From the IMG/VR virus record IMGVR_UViG_2974692648_000001, positions 173,510 to 237,509 of that record: a stretch of DNA of 64,000 bases. One strand, 5' to 3'. The number at the start of each line of letters is the position of its first letter. The stretch's first letter is position 1. The position numbers and the translations under genes are program-made. Positions 9,536 through 20,700 of this stretch are shown piece after piece. Under the pieces are notes generated by a model, which worked only from the letters and a program-made list of their open reading frames with translations, had not been told where the DNA came from and made no database searches. This DNA comes from a virus. Taxonomy: Duplodnaviria; Caudoviricetes.

Positions 9536-9907
9536 ATGTTTAAAAAGGAAAACTTGAAGATTCTTGTTATAGGGGTAGTGTTAGCGATCAGTTATCAGGT
9601 TGCCCTGAGCCTGGTGCCCAATACTTATGAATCAGAAGGCGAAATTGTCAATATCCGCGAGGAGGTTCATCAGATCGATGTCATTAACTTTCCAACCGTC
9701 GGTGAGAGTAAACGTGTCGAACCAGAAAGTCACTCCTTCGTACGCTATGAGATAGAAGTCTTAATAAACAGAAAGATAGTCTCTTGCATATTAAAGGAAG
9801 AACAATACGGTTTGTTAAACGGGACTAATTTCGTTAACATGTCTTATGAGATGATGGACAACGGTGAGTACCGTTGCATGAATTTGAAACCTGCTGAGGA
9901 CGTGTAA
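9536..9907 (+). CDS. membrane-anchored hypothetical protein
   Basis: ATG 9536 after AAGGA; one TM helix; resembles 9907..10206. Confidence 0.65.
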   Translation: MFKKENLKILVIGVVLAISYQVALSLVPNTYESEGEIVNIREEVHQIDVINFPTVGESKRVEPESHSFVRYEIEVLINRKIVSCILKEEQYGLLNGTNFVNMSYEMMDNGEYRCMNLKPAEDV

Positions 9908-10206
9908 TGAAAACCAGTACTAGTTGGGTGTGTCGAGCTGTTTCTGCTTCCCTGATCACTGCACTGTCGTTGTTCATAATTTGGTGTGCGGTCAATTACC
10001 AGATATTCATTGTGGAAGGTTATGTTACCGATGTGTTTAAAGTTGATGGTTCTGAGTACGATTACTTCATTCGAACGGAAGTGGATTTATTCCAATGTCG
10101 GATTGGGGAAGAAGAACATCTCATCATTGGGGAGGAGCGTCACTTGAGTGTTATGTATGGTGAGTACCCAACCGGAGAACGGACTTGTCTCTATATCGGT
10201 ATTTAA
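9907..10206 (+). CDS. membrane-anchored hypothetical protein
   Basis: TAATG overlap, GAGGA RBS; one TM helix, two distal Cys. Confidence 0.65.
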   Translation: MKTSTSWVCRAVSASLITALSLFIIWCAVNYQIFIVEGYVTDVFKVDGSEYDYFIRTEVDLFQCRIGEEEHLIIGEERHLSVMYGEYPTGERTCLYIGI

Positions 10207-10224
10207 CATACAGTTACTTTCAAA

Positions 10225-10241
10225 TCTATATAACCTAGGTG
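10225..10241 (+). promoter_or_regulatory. putative phage early promoter motif
   Basis: TCTATATAACCTAGGTG, variant of the recurring intergenic motif. Confidence 0.5.
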
Positions 10242-10284
10242 TTAAGTAACTATCTTTCATTAACCTTTAATAAGGAATATCACC

Positions 10285-10548
10285 ATGGACTTTCTAAAAG
10301 AAAAAGCTACTGTCAATGAACTTCGTGTAATCAAAGCTGTCACTGGTCTAGCTATCGGTGGTGTTTCAATCGCGATGAATGAAGAACTTCCAGTAGGCAA
10401 GCTTGCTTGTACCGCAGCAGGTACTACGATGGCAGTCATGAATACTTCAGAAAGAGACACTCGTCGTCTAGGTGCTCGTGAAAATGCTATCTGGGAAACT
10501 GTAGGTAGTGTTGCGCTTGTTAGTATCGTCGGAAGCCTATTCTCATAA
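10285..10548 (+). CDS. small hydrophobic hypothetical protein
   Basis: AAGGA RBS; Gly/Ala-rich hydrophobic segments. Confidence 0.7.
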   Translation: MDFLKEKATVNELRVIKAVTGLAIGGVSIAMNEELPVGKLACTAAGTTMAVMNTSERDTRRLGARENAIWETVGSVALVSIVGSLFS

Positions 10549-10568
10549 ATCTTTAAAAGGAACCTGTC

Positions 10569-10970
10569 ATGGAAAACTTCATCTACAATGGGATCAACTA
10601 CATGGACCTTGTGAAAGCAAGCGTTGGTGAACACACTATCTATATCAGTAAATGGGATGTAGAAAAGAAGATCAAAAACGATGTTATTCAACTTACAGAA
10701 GAACGTCCAACTGAGTTCAACACAGAACTCCATATTGAAATTAACTTGACTATTTATTCAAGTGTGATTGTTCATGTGGTTGATTCCTTGCAAGCTCTGG
10801 AGATTGCTAAAGAGCTTTCTTCTAAGCTTAGTAAAGAAGTTACCATTTATTCACATGCTCGTCATTTAGCTCGATTCCTAAAAGGTGAGCAGGTCGGTCA
10901 GGTGAAAACATTGGACGATTTCTATACGAACATCACTGAAGAACAACGAGCACTGACTCGCTTAAAATAA
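10569..10970 (+). CDS. hypothetical protein
   Basis: AAGGA RBS, 133 aa. Confidence 0.7.
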   Translation: MENFIYNGINYMDLVKASVGEHTIYISKWDVEKKIKNDVIQLTEERPTEFNTELHIEINLTIYSSVIVHVVDSLQALEIAKELSSKLSKEVTIYSHARHLARFLKGEQVGQVKTLDDFYTNITEEQRALTRLK

Positions 10971-10985
10971 ACAGAATGCAGAAAA

Positions 10986-11038
10986 CCTCCTACTACCCAA
11001 TGGGTAGTAGGAGGAACCTTTCAGTTTATTTTTTTTTT
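10986..11038. terminator. bidirectional terminator between convergent genes
   Basis: CCTCCTACTACCCA-A-TGGGTAGTAGGAGG inverted repeat; long T tract downstream, A tract upstream. Confidence 0.85.
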
Positions 11039-11049
11039 CGTTCAGGTTA

Positions 11050-11949
11050 TTAAACCATCACGTTTTTGTTCTTCACTTTAGAAGCACGGTCTTTCATCTG
11101 CTCCATGATACCAGTATCACGAAGAGACTCAAGTACTGCCGTACGATCTTTAAAGCCAGACGGAATGCTGGAACCGATGTTGTTATACAACGGTAGTTTC
11201 TTCAAGAAAGTACGAGCAACTTCACGTACCGCCAGAGTATCGAACTCCGTCAAACCTGTGTATTCCATGTTGATCTCACGGATTTGACCAGCTTCGTCTT
11301 TGTTACGACGAATACCCACTTCTACAGTCGAACGAGGCATGACCGCTAGAGTCATGGCGGCGTGAGCGATGTCACGCATGTTTTCTGTAGTGTTGAACAT
11401 CAGTAGTGTGGCTGAACGTTCATCGATAAGTAGGTCACCCGGCTCACTCAGAACAACAGCACGCGGAGCACCGATGTCGGTATCGTGACCACACCATTTC
11501 ACCCAGATAGAGTGTAGGTTAGTGAAGACTTCACCTACGACGTCATTGCCTTGGAATGAAATAGGGCCTAGGGTGCGAGTACCACCAGTAGGCACGCTTA
11601 ACGTACGACCAGACCAACGAACATCACCGAACTCTAGTTCAGTACGGTCCGTTGGACCTTGCCATGTACGGGCACGTGTTTCAAACCACGCTTTAGCCAA
11701 CGCATGCAGATAGTTACCCGCAGGTAGACGACTGAATAGCGCAGGAGTGGACATCACGAAACACCAACCTTGTTGGTCAATGTGTGGATGTTCACTAACG
11801 TAAGCGTAGGAATCCGGCGCAAAGCCGTATTGACCACCTTGAGTGCCGTCCAACGTAGCGCGATCGCCTTTGTCGGTGTTGGCAAAGAAGGCAGACGAGT
11901 TAGACAGGATTGTCTTATTGCCGCGATGCGGCTGGTTAGAAGCTGCCAT
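11050..11949 (-). CDS. tail tube protein (phiKZ gp30-like)
   Basis: About 300 aa directly downstream of the sheath gene; size, position and GGQ.G motif fit phiKZ-like tube proteins. Confidence 0.7.
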   Translation of the reverse strand: MAASNQPHRGNKTILSNSSAFFANTDKGDRATLDGTQGGQYGFAPDSYAYVSEHPHIDQQGWCFVMSTPALFSRLPAGNYLHALAKAWFETRARTWQGPTDRTELEFGDVRWSGRTLSVPTGGTRTLGPISFQGNDVVGEVFTNLHSIWVKWCGHDTDIGAPRAVVLSEPGDLLIDERSATLLMFNTTENMRDIAHAAMTLAVMPRSTVEVGIRRNKDEAGQIREINMEYTGLTEFDTLAVREVARTFLKKLPLYNNIGSSIPSGFKDRTAVLESLRDTGIMEQMKDRASKVKNKNVMV

Positions 11950-11954
11950 CTAAA

Positions 11955-14093
11955 TTACCCCTCAGCTGCCAAGTCTTGCTCGTTGCGGGCAACGAGAGAC
12001 ATATCCATCATGTACTTACCTTTACGGAAAGCAACATAACCTGTTACGTAAAGAACGGAACGAGAATCCGCAGCACCTTCGTTGTACGTAGGTTCAACCA
12101 CTATATCTTCGAACATTGTCCCTAGGTTTTCACGACATTTCGTTTCAGCACGATCTTTAACGATCGCCGCGTATTCTTCTGCCGTGATGGTGGTGTCGCC
12201 AGAAACCAACGTCCACGTATCTGCGATGATCTTCTCAACGTTTACCGCAGTGAACACCGTAGTCCAGTCCTTAAGAACTGAATCTTGGTGAGGGTAAATA
12301 GTTGGAAGCGCAGGACGGTAAAGTTGTTCTTGGTTGTACGGACGTAAAGTACAAGCACCACTGTCGAAGTTGTTTGCTGCGTTAGGATCCGCTTCCAAAT
12401 CTACTGTTGGGTCGTACATAGTACGAAGTAGACGGTTGTTAGCGTGATCTGGAGAATTCGCTTTTAGCAACTGACCTTGAGAGTTACCACCGAACAATGC
12501 CATGGCGTAAGCAAGGTCCAGTACATGAGAGAAACGCTCGCCAGACTCTTCATTGATCTTAGCCATTTCCCACATTGCAATCATCGCACGACATGCAGGT
12601 GTACCATATTTCTCTGATTCAGGGAACAGACGAAGACGGTTAGTGATGTACGTTTGACGAGAGTAGTGTTCTTCGATGGTTGCTTCTTTTAGCCATTCTG
12701 CCGAAGCAAAGATCGCCGCATGGTCTTTACGAGACGCAAGAAGTTGGATCAGTTCGTCAACGATCTCTGAGTTGAAACCAACATCAAAGATGATAGATTG
12801 ACGGTTACGAGTCCAGTCCAAGATCTCTAGAGACTTGCGGTACTTCATGATATCTTCAAGGTATAACGCTTGAGTTACCTGCCACGCATCCTTACGGTTC
12901 AACTCTTCCACCGGACCTTTCTCAGGATCGAAGTTGTAAGAACGAGAAAGTGTCACACCTTCTGGTACCGAACGATCTTTAGTAAGGAAAGGAGAAATAC
13001 CGCCCGTAGCGTCTAGCTGAGCACCCATGTTGAACAATCGAGTAGGCGCATCTACTTCGATTGCGTAGTAAGGGATGCCTTCGTGGTTTACAGCAGTCAG
13101 TGGGTTGATTTGTTTGTAAGGCTTAACACCTTCCAAGTAAACCAAGTTTTCTGGCTTAGCTGCTTCTTCGACACTGAATAGGTCTTTACACAGAGCTTCA
13201 ATAGACTCGTGGTAAACGTGAGCTTCGTAGAACGGAGCAGCACGTGGAGTCATTGGACGGTTAGCTGTTGCACCTGTGTAAGCACCGATCGCTTCTTTAA
13301 CACCGTAACGAACGTTGTTAGCACGAGTGTCAAACAAAGTGAACTGCACTTCTTCAGTATTGATCAGTGTTTTAGCAATCACGGGAGTGCCGTAGATTGA
13401 TTTCTCGTACAACTTCATGTTGAACGGGAAGACACCGAACTGAGATACAAACTCAGCAATACGAGAGAAGTCCGCTGAACCAGAGATACCTGCATAGTGA
13501 CCCATGCGGTTGTAGATATCACCGATGCCCGCCGGTAGCTCGTAAAGTGGATAGATGGTGAAACCAGGTTCACCTTCTGCACCTTCACCAGTAATCGGTT
13601 TCAAACCTTTGTACTCAGTATCAGTGATATCAAGTAACATCGGAGTAATTTTACGACCTGGTAAAGTTACGTCACCTGAGTCTACCGGAATACGAGCACC
13701 GTTGTCATCAAGTACGAATTGTTGAGCTGCGTCACGCTGGTATTGCTGAATGTCTCCAGCAGTAACTTTAACGCCCACTGCCACACGAGCAATCTCGTTG
13801 TTTGCTGTTAGACGACGCATGCCTAGTGAAGCCTGACCACCACTAGCTAGAGTTTGGATCAGTGCCGCGATCGGGTTGTAGTACGGACCATCAGTATCTT
13901 GGATATCCCCATAGAGATCAGCCAAGTCACTCACGTTGATGTACTTTTGTCCGAGAGGTCCTTTAGGAGTAACCGCACTAATAACTGGGAAGTTACAAGG
14001 GTAGGAAGCGAGCTGAGGAGACACGATAGGACGTGAATCATCGCCGATACCTTGGTTACGGACTTGTCCCGGAACTATAGATGTAAAGGACAT
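11955..14093 (-). CDS. contractile tail sheath protein (phiKZ gp29-like)
   Basis: 712 aa; N-terminal NQGI.D.S, PKGP, FDVGF, PES..YGTP.CRA motifs typical of phiKZ-like sheaths; divergent from the gp28-25-like block. Confidence 0.8.
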   Translation of the reverse strand: MSFTSIVPGQVRNQGIGDDSRPIVSPQLASYPCNFPVISAVTPKGPLGQKYINVSDLADLYGDIQDTDGPYYNPIAALIQTLASGGQASLGMRRLTANNEIARVAVGVKVTAGDIQQYQRDAAQQFVLDDNGARIPVDSGDVTLPGRKITPMLLDITDTEYKGLKPITGEGAEGEPGFTIYPLYELPAGIGDIYNRMGHYAGISGSADFSRIAEFVSQFGVFPFNMKLYEKSIYGTPVIAKTLINTEEVQFTLFDTRANNVRYGVKEAIGAYTGATANRPMTPRAAPFYEAHVYHESIEALCKDLFSVEEAAKPENLVYLEGVKPYKQINPLTAVNHEGIPYYAIEVDAPTRLFNMGAQLDATGGISPFLTKDRSVPEGVTLSRSYNFDPEKGPVEELNRKDAWQVTQALYLEDIMKYRKSLEILDWTRNRQSIIFDVGFNSEIVDELIQLLASRKDHAAIFASAEWLKEATIEEHYSRQTYITNRLRLFPESEKYGTPACRAMIAMWEMAKINEESGERFSHVLDLAYAMALFGGNSQGQLLKANSPDHANNRLLRTMYDPTVDLEADPNAANNFDSGACTLRPYNQEQLYRPALPTIYPHQDSVLKDWTTVFTAVNVEKIIADTWTLVSGDTTITAEEYAAIVKDRAETKCRENLGTMFEDIVVEPTYNEGAADSRSVLYVTGYVAFRKGKYMMDMSLVARNEQDLAAEG

Positions 14094-14238
14094 AAATAAC
14101 TCCGTTGGTTATTGTTTGTTAACTACAAGTTTTTTGATCAAAAAACTCACTTCCCATCAATCGTATGACAGGAAACACTGTCTTATAACTGAAACGTAGA
14201 AAGTAAGTTTCTACATAGGATTCAATACGGAGTTTATC

Positions 14239-15117
14239 ATGTTTTCTAATGCTTACGACACATACGTGGGTAAACCATTAGCACACCTAGACCACGTCCC
14301 TTCTACGCTGAAACGTTTAGCGTTAATGAAAGACTTGGTAGACATGGGTGACGGTGTGCACACTATTAACCACAATAATGGTCAAGGTATCCCTTTCCTT
14401 AACTTCCCTCTCTCTATGGTGGGTCTAAACCGCAAACCAATTACGGTAATGGATGATCGCCCCTACACAAACAAAAACGGTCTGGTGACTAACAACTCTG
14501 AGCGCACCGCTCTGTTGGTTACTGCTTTCGTGCAACAAGACGTCATTGAAGGTAACTTGAGTACCATTCGTTCTACTTCATCTGTAGTGGGTCGAGCTGT
14601 TTCCCGAGCTTGGGGTAGTCAGATCGTTCGTACCGCAGGTTTAGAAGAAGAGAAAGCACTTAGCATTTACGTTATCCTAATGCACTACTACAACTGTCTT
14701 ATTAATAAAGATGAAGGTGACTTGATCTTTGTTACACAAAACATGTGCCAACAAGCCATGGGTATCCCTCGTAACCGCAGCCTTGAAGTTCTGGAACAAA
14801 TTGGTTACATCAATACACTTCCTCAGCTGCATGAGACTTTGGTTAACTACCCAGGCATGTACAAGCTGAAGAACCTTAAGTTGAAAGACTTGGTTGCACT
14901 AGGTCAACGTATCTGGTATTCGGCGACAGGTAAACAGATTGTTGGTGCAGGTCTGGAACATCCACCATTGTTAATCGGGATGTGTGCGGCAACCGTGGCT
15001 AACAAAAACGCTTACGGTAAAACACCACTAGGAATGCAGCTGGATCCTAAGTACAATGAGAAAGGTAACCGTTCATTAATGATGACTATCACTAACTCTT
15101 ACCCTATCATTCTTTAA
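14239..15117 (+). CDS. virion structural protein (phiKZ gp28-like)
   Basis: MF.NAYDT start, D.RPY, ALEHPP-like motif; synteny. Confidence 0.65.
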   Translation: MFSNAYDTYVGKPLAHLDHVPSTLKRLALMKDLVDMGDGVHTINHNNGQGIPFLNFPLSMVGLNRKPITVMDDRPYTNKNGLVTNNSERTALLVTAFVQQDVIEGNLSTIRSTSSVVGRAVSRAWGSQIVRTAGLEEEKALSIYVILMHYYNCLINKDEGDLIFVTQNMCQQAMGIPRNRSLEVLEQIGYINTLPQLHETLVNYPGMYKLKNLKLKDLVALGQRIWYSATGKQIVGAGLEHPPLLIGMCAATVANKNAYGKTPLGMQLDPKYNEKGNRSLMMTITNSYPIIL

Positions 15118-15141
15118 CTATCACACGTCCAAGGGGTCTTT

Positions 15142-17724
15142 ATGACAGCCAATAACTACAGCAGCCCCTTAGCGCGTTACGCCATTAAAGAGATGTACTC
15201 TAACCCTGGGGTGGCTCGTCAGTTTCAATTGCAGCTGACGCAGGTCTCCCCGGACGTTGGGTATATCAACGTCTTCCAATTCATGGGGCGTTATATTAAA
15301 ACACCGATCGAACGAGAATACTTTTTGATGTTTAACATGGCGGGCTTTGACGGCTCGACATGGAACTTCAAAGACTTACTCACCAGAGTAGACCCGGTGA
15401 ACAAATGGATTAACGTAGCTAAGATCTGTAAAGATCGCGGGATGATTATCGACATCTATGGAGATGACGGTCGTCTATACCCTAGGGATAAATGTTGGGT
15501 GATGTCTACTTATGACGGACAACACATCCTTGCTATCCAAAAACTAAGGGCTTTCAAATACGGTTGGGAACAAGCACGTTACTTACACTGCTATACAGTC
15601 CAGACCGATTTGTACAACCCAGTAACTAATCCTGATAATAAAGACTGGCCTCGCTTTACTTCTAACAATGGCAACAGTGTTGAAGAAAAAGATCGAATGA
15701 AGATCATTTACAGCGAGTACAAAAACCTTCCAGGATTGACCTCTGTTTATTTGAACGGGTATTTGTGGAATGGCTTCCCTAGTGATAGTCAGCTACTAGG
15801 TTCAGAGACCATCGAGATCACCAACGACCCGAGTGTTTGGAAAACTGAGACCTACGCCATTGATTCCCTACAGAACTTTTATTCTATCCGGGATGAAACT
15901 CGTAAGCTTATCATCCACCCTAAGAAAGAAGAAGGGGACTTCCTTTACCGTTACGTTTCAGACGTTTCGTTCTACTTAGTGGAAGGAAAGGGACGTGGCA
16001 TTTACTTGCATCGAAACCGAGCTAGTAACTTCCGTCAGTTAACACACCGAGACTTTGCTGTGGATTCTACCTTAGTGGATGACATGAGTAACTTGGAAGA
16101 CATGTTAAAGGACGAAACACGCTACTTGCGATTGGTGTATCGTAAAAACGATTATGCTCAAGAAATGCAGCACGAGTCTAGCGGAGTTCGTTATTTGTAC
16201 CGCATGAATGACCAAAACATCGTCGGTGCGTTAGTAGGAATTAACTCCACGGTGGAAGAGTGGAAAGCAGCCAACCTAGAGAACGCTGAAACTAACCTTT
16301 ACTTAGACCGCCCTTACGGTGAGTTAACTCACGAGCAAGCGGTGGAAGCGATTGGGTATAACCGAGCAACTCAGGTGTTGTGTGGCACACCCGTTTCTTA
16401 TGACCCTACTAGTGGAATGGAACTGGATGTACCTCCAGCGTGTCGAGAACACTTGACGTTATTTGAATATGACGCAGACGGCTTGTTCTTAAGAATGCGG
16501 GACTTCGCCAAGATACGACACGTGTTACCTTCACCGGACGCTCACCTGGTTGAATTCTATCCTGGGAAACCTGGCTTACGAATCCACATGGATATCGGTC
16601 GGGACACGATGGTGGTGGATAAAAACACAACCCCGCGTTTTTATTACCAGAAAGTCACTACCGAAGGTAATTTGGTTGGGGAACGTTTCTACGCGGTGGA
16701 AGGGGAACACTACACCTTTGACCGTGAAACTGGTACGGTCAACTGGGGATTACCTAGTTCCATGTTTATTGGCATGATTTTGTACAATGACCAAACGTTG
16801 TACAAAGAGTTTACTCTAGATCATATCGATAACTCATTGTCTTTCAGTGTTACCGAGGAATGGGTGCAAGGCGGGATGCTTACTGATGTTGCCCCGGCTA
16901 ACATCATGGTGATTATGAATCGTCGCTCGTTAATTGAAAATGTCGATTACGTGGTTCGTTTCCCTCACATCTATATTGTGAATCACCAGTACCTGAAAGC
17001 TGACGGTAATGACTTCGTACTTTATTGTAGCGAGTGGAGTCCTATTAGTGATACAGAGCCTGTAGAGCAAACTGAGCTTGGTTACGTTACAGGTGGGGTG
17101 ATTGGTCACAATACTCGCTACAACATCCGAGAGGACCGTGTGACGCGCACTACCATAGGTGGTAAAGTTTGGGATCCACTGAAAGTACCGGTTGCGGAGT
17201 TACATCCCCCTAGTGAGTTATTAAACCCGTACAATGGTCTTCCTTATGGTGTGAAACACTGGTACTTACCAATTCGTGATTGGGTTCCTTATGACCTGAC
17301 AGCAGGATGGAAAGAAGCTCGGGACCAAGACAAACGTATGAGTGATTACTTGACGTTGTTTGCCCGTAAACCAGAACCAGAAGTAATTCCAAGTTTGATG
17401 GACAAGTATCGAGTATTCAGTCCCTTTATGAATGCGGTTGTTAACCAGATACTTTTAGGTTTAATCGAACTGGATGACCTACCTCCGGGGGAATCTTACT
17501 CGGAAGACTATGTATTGCGTAAAACAGCGGAGTTCCAATGGTTGTTAGAACACGACCCCGTTACTCGCAACTACGATAGACGGTACTTTGCCGTATTCCC
17601 TTATGTTCAACAAACGATGGTTTCGGTTACTCCTAAGGAACTCATCTTCATCCGACGTATTAACGAGGTGTTCTTACAAAGCCGCGTTAATATAAATGGA
17701 CACTTTGAGGTTAAACATGTTTGA
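15142..17724 (+). CDS. virion structural/baseplate protein (phiKZ gp27-like)
   Basis: 860 aa; QLTHRD, GYN, FEYD..G, Y..FSPF motifs; synteny. Confidence 0.65.
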   Translation: MTANNYSSPLARYAIKEMYSNPGVARQFQLQLTQVSPDVGYINVFQFMGRYIKTPIEREYFLMFNMAGFDGSTWNFKDLLTRVDPVNKWINVAKICKDRGMIIDIYGDDGRLYPRDKCWVMSTYDGQHILAIQKLRAFKYGWEQARYLHCYTVQTDLYNPVTNPDNKDWPRFTSNNGNSVEEKDRMKIIYSEYKNLPGLTSVYLNGYLWNGFPSDSQLLGSETIEITNDPSVWKTETYAIDSLQNFYSIRDETRKLIIHPKKEEGDFLYRYVSDVSFYLVEGKGRGIYLHRNRASNFRQLTHRDFAVDSTLVDDMSNLEDMLKDETRYLRLVYRKNDYAQEMQHESSGVRYLYRMNDQNIVGALVGINSTVEEWKAANLENAETNLYLDRPYGELTHEQAVEAIGYNRATQVLCGTPVSYDPTSGMELDVPPACREHLTLFEYDADGLFLRMRDFAKIRHVLPSPDAHLVEFYPGKPGLRIHMDIGRDTMVVDKNTTPRFYYQKVTTEGNLVGERFYAVEGEHYTFDRETGTVNWGLPSSMFIGMILYNDQTLYKEFTLDHIDNSLSFSVTEEWVQGGMLTDVAPANIMVIMNRRSLIENVDYVVRFPHIYIVNHQYLKADGNDFVLYCSEWSPISDTEPVEQTELGYVTGGVIGHNTRYNIREDRVTRTTIGGKVWDPLKVPVAELHPPSELLNPYNGLPYGVKHWYLPIRDWVPYDLTAGWKEARDQDKRMSDYLTLFARKPEPEVIPSLMDKYRVFSPFMNAVVNQILLGLIELDDLPPGESYSEDYVLRKTAEFQWLLEHDPVTRNYDRRYFAVFPYVQQTMVSVTPKELIFIRRINEVFLQSRVNINGHFEVKHV

Positions 17725-20700
17725 GAAAGATTTAAAAAGTCCCTCTCAGTCATCCGTCATTCCGGGAGCTGGTCCACAGCTCCCTAATGAAAATGACCGT
17801 GGGCGTATGCACTATATCTGGGAGATTTATGATCCAGATACAGTGAAACCGGGTGAAGCGCATCGTTATGTAGTTCCCCGAGAAAAAGAAATCGTAATTG
17901 ATCCTATCGCAGAAAAGAACTACGTGGTCACCCGCGTTAACTGGGAATCGGATTTAAAATCTACACTGGAACCTATCTTTGATAATGGTGAAGGCGATGG
18001 TGGTGCGGATGGCATCTTTGGCCTCCCTTCTGGTTTCCAAGGTGAGGCTGTCGTTGCAATTGACTACTCAGTCCGTCCTAACCGTGCTGTGATCGATGGT
18101 CAGGTTATGGCTCCGGGCGCGGCGTACGCGTTGTTGTACGAAGGCAACACCGTAGGAGATGACGGCAAAGTTATCTCTGTTGTATACTCTAACAACAACC
18201 AGTTAGTATCGAACCGCGTCCCAGTTACACTGGCAGCTTACCATGAGCTCAGCAACAAAGAGATCATGATTACTCAACCGTTCTCTGTGAACCGTAATCC
18301 TGATGAGTTGCCGGATGGGGCACGCTGTACTTTGGTTTGGTACGATATCAACGGTAACGTGATTCCTAAAGCCCGTACGTTGTCAGTCCAACACACTGCA
18401 ATGATGCGTGACCACCAAGTTGGTAAACGTTACATCACCCGTGTCGAGCTCGTGGCTCCTTGGTTCCTGAACACCAGTGATCCTAAAACGCTGAACGTTC
18501 CAGTCAACACTATGTTGCAGAACTTAGCGTTCCGTGCAGTAGTGCACTACAGTGATGGTTCTAAGTCAGACGAGCTTAGTATTGACGGTCAAAAGATTCA
18601 GCTACTTGGGTTAAACGAACACAAACCATCTACACCTAGTCAGCGCGGTACGTTGACCTTGGTTTATAACTTAGATTCGGATGAGTACATCTACGAAGCA
18701 CAACCTGGCAACCCTAACCAGTTCCGTGATTCTTACTGGATGTTGGCGGTACCGTTTGACGGCGCTTACTCTCCTAAACTCTACTCTTATCCGACTTGGG
18801 TAAACGGCCAATACATCCTGAAGCACTTCCTAACGGATTTAGACCGTAACTTCATGATCGACGCAACTGATCACGTACGTATTAATGAACTGTCCCCAGC
18901 TTTCCGTCCTACCACTTACGGTGTGGAACAAACGCTGGAACTGAACTGTCGTTTAAGTGACGTAGTTCCTACGTTCAAACCGATGATCATGCGTCAGTCT
19001 ACAACATTCGTGTTGAAGACACCGGGTACTGAACCAGGCAGTAAGTTTGACGTTCGTTATTCTTACGATCAGGGTTCTTACTCGGACCCCACGTTTAAGG
19101 CAGTTAACCAAGCAGACGGTCGTCAAGAAATCATCTTTGGTGGTGAATACGATGACATGGAAGATTGGTTAGAGCAGACGTACAATGCCGTTGAACCAGG
19201 GTTTAACCCGCAGCGTGAGAAAGGTCCTATTCGTCCTACTCACTTCGAAGTATTGGCGAGTTCGGGTAAAACATACGAATACGAAATCAGCCGTTATGCT
19301 GAAAAGATGTATTTGGATGTTCAAGAACCTCAAGGTCGGACTATCTACGTTCGCTGGATTCATGAATCCATTCAGGGTGATCGCTTGATTCTGGCTACCA
19401 CTGGTATCTCTATTGATGTTACCGAAGGTCCAGATACAGAAACGCCAGTTCCAACTACTATCGAGTTTGACAGTTCGGTACCTAACAGTATCGGTGAAAT
19501 GCAAATCATCGAGTTCTCTGGACGTGTTTACGATCAGAAAGGTGCGTTGGTAACAGACGGTCTAACTAAGATGTTGGTTAAAGGTGGTGTGATCTATGAT
19601 TCGACACCTCGTAAGGTCGACATTGGTTTAGACGGGACATTCCGTTTCTTTACATGGTCTGAACGTGTTAGTGGTTCTACTGAAACCTTTGAATTTGATT
19701 TTGAAGTTGCAGGTGAGGAACCAGAATACTTCCTAAGCAAAGACATTCGTATCACGACCAACCCTGAACAACAAATTGGTGAGTTCTTCCCTTACACACC
19801 AACTAAGGCGAGCATTAACAAAGCGGGTCGAGCGTACGGTCAATTACTGGACGAAGAAGGTACTCCATTGCGAGACACTGAATTCTTCTCTTTTGTTGAC
19901 AACGACTTGGACTCTATTCGCCGTGAGACTACGGATGAACAAGGTAAGTTCCTACTCACCCGTATCCACAAAGAAGGTCAAGATCGTACCACGTTCCACA
20001 TCGCAACTATGGGTGGTCGTAAGGAACATCTTTTACGCTGGGTGGAAACGGAACCATATGGTGACCGCATCATGCTTGATGTGGAAGACATGGATTTCGT
20101 TGGCGAAGAACCTCTATCGGTTACAGGTCGTGTTTACGACCAATATGGTGACCTAGTAGTAGGCGTGCCGGTTAAAATCGGTTACGGTCCTTTGTGGGCT
20201 ACTTACACTGATACTTTATCGGTTGAGAATGGTAAATACGAGCTAACGGGTTCTCCTAAAGAGCCGGGCATGAGTTACCAAGTGGTGGTCTGGACTGAGA
20301 ACGATTTCTCCTTTGGTACAGTGGAATGGTCTGAAGCACCTAAGGTAGCCTTCGACATTGTCATGAGTCCGGATAATGCACCGGAAGCGCCGGCAGGCAC
20401 CAGTGTTCGCATTTCGGGTCAGTTGGTGGATGAAGAAGGTAACAACTTCACAAGCGATAGCCGTACACCGGTTTACATGAAGGAACTGAAAGACGCGGAC
20501 GAGACGATCATCTACGCTGGTTTCGATGGACGCTTTGAAGCCGAAGTAGGTCCTTACGGGGACTGGGAAGAAACCACGTTTGTGTTCCGTCTAGAAAACG
20601 GTAACCAAGGTAGTCACATGATTCGTTGGATGGGGGAACCTCCACGTCTTGCAAAGATTACATTTGACGATGGATTACCAGTAACGAGTAAAGTTGGTGA

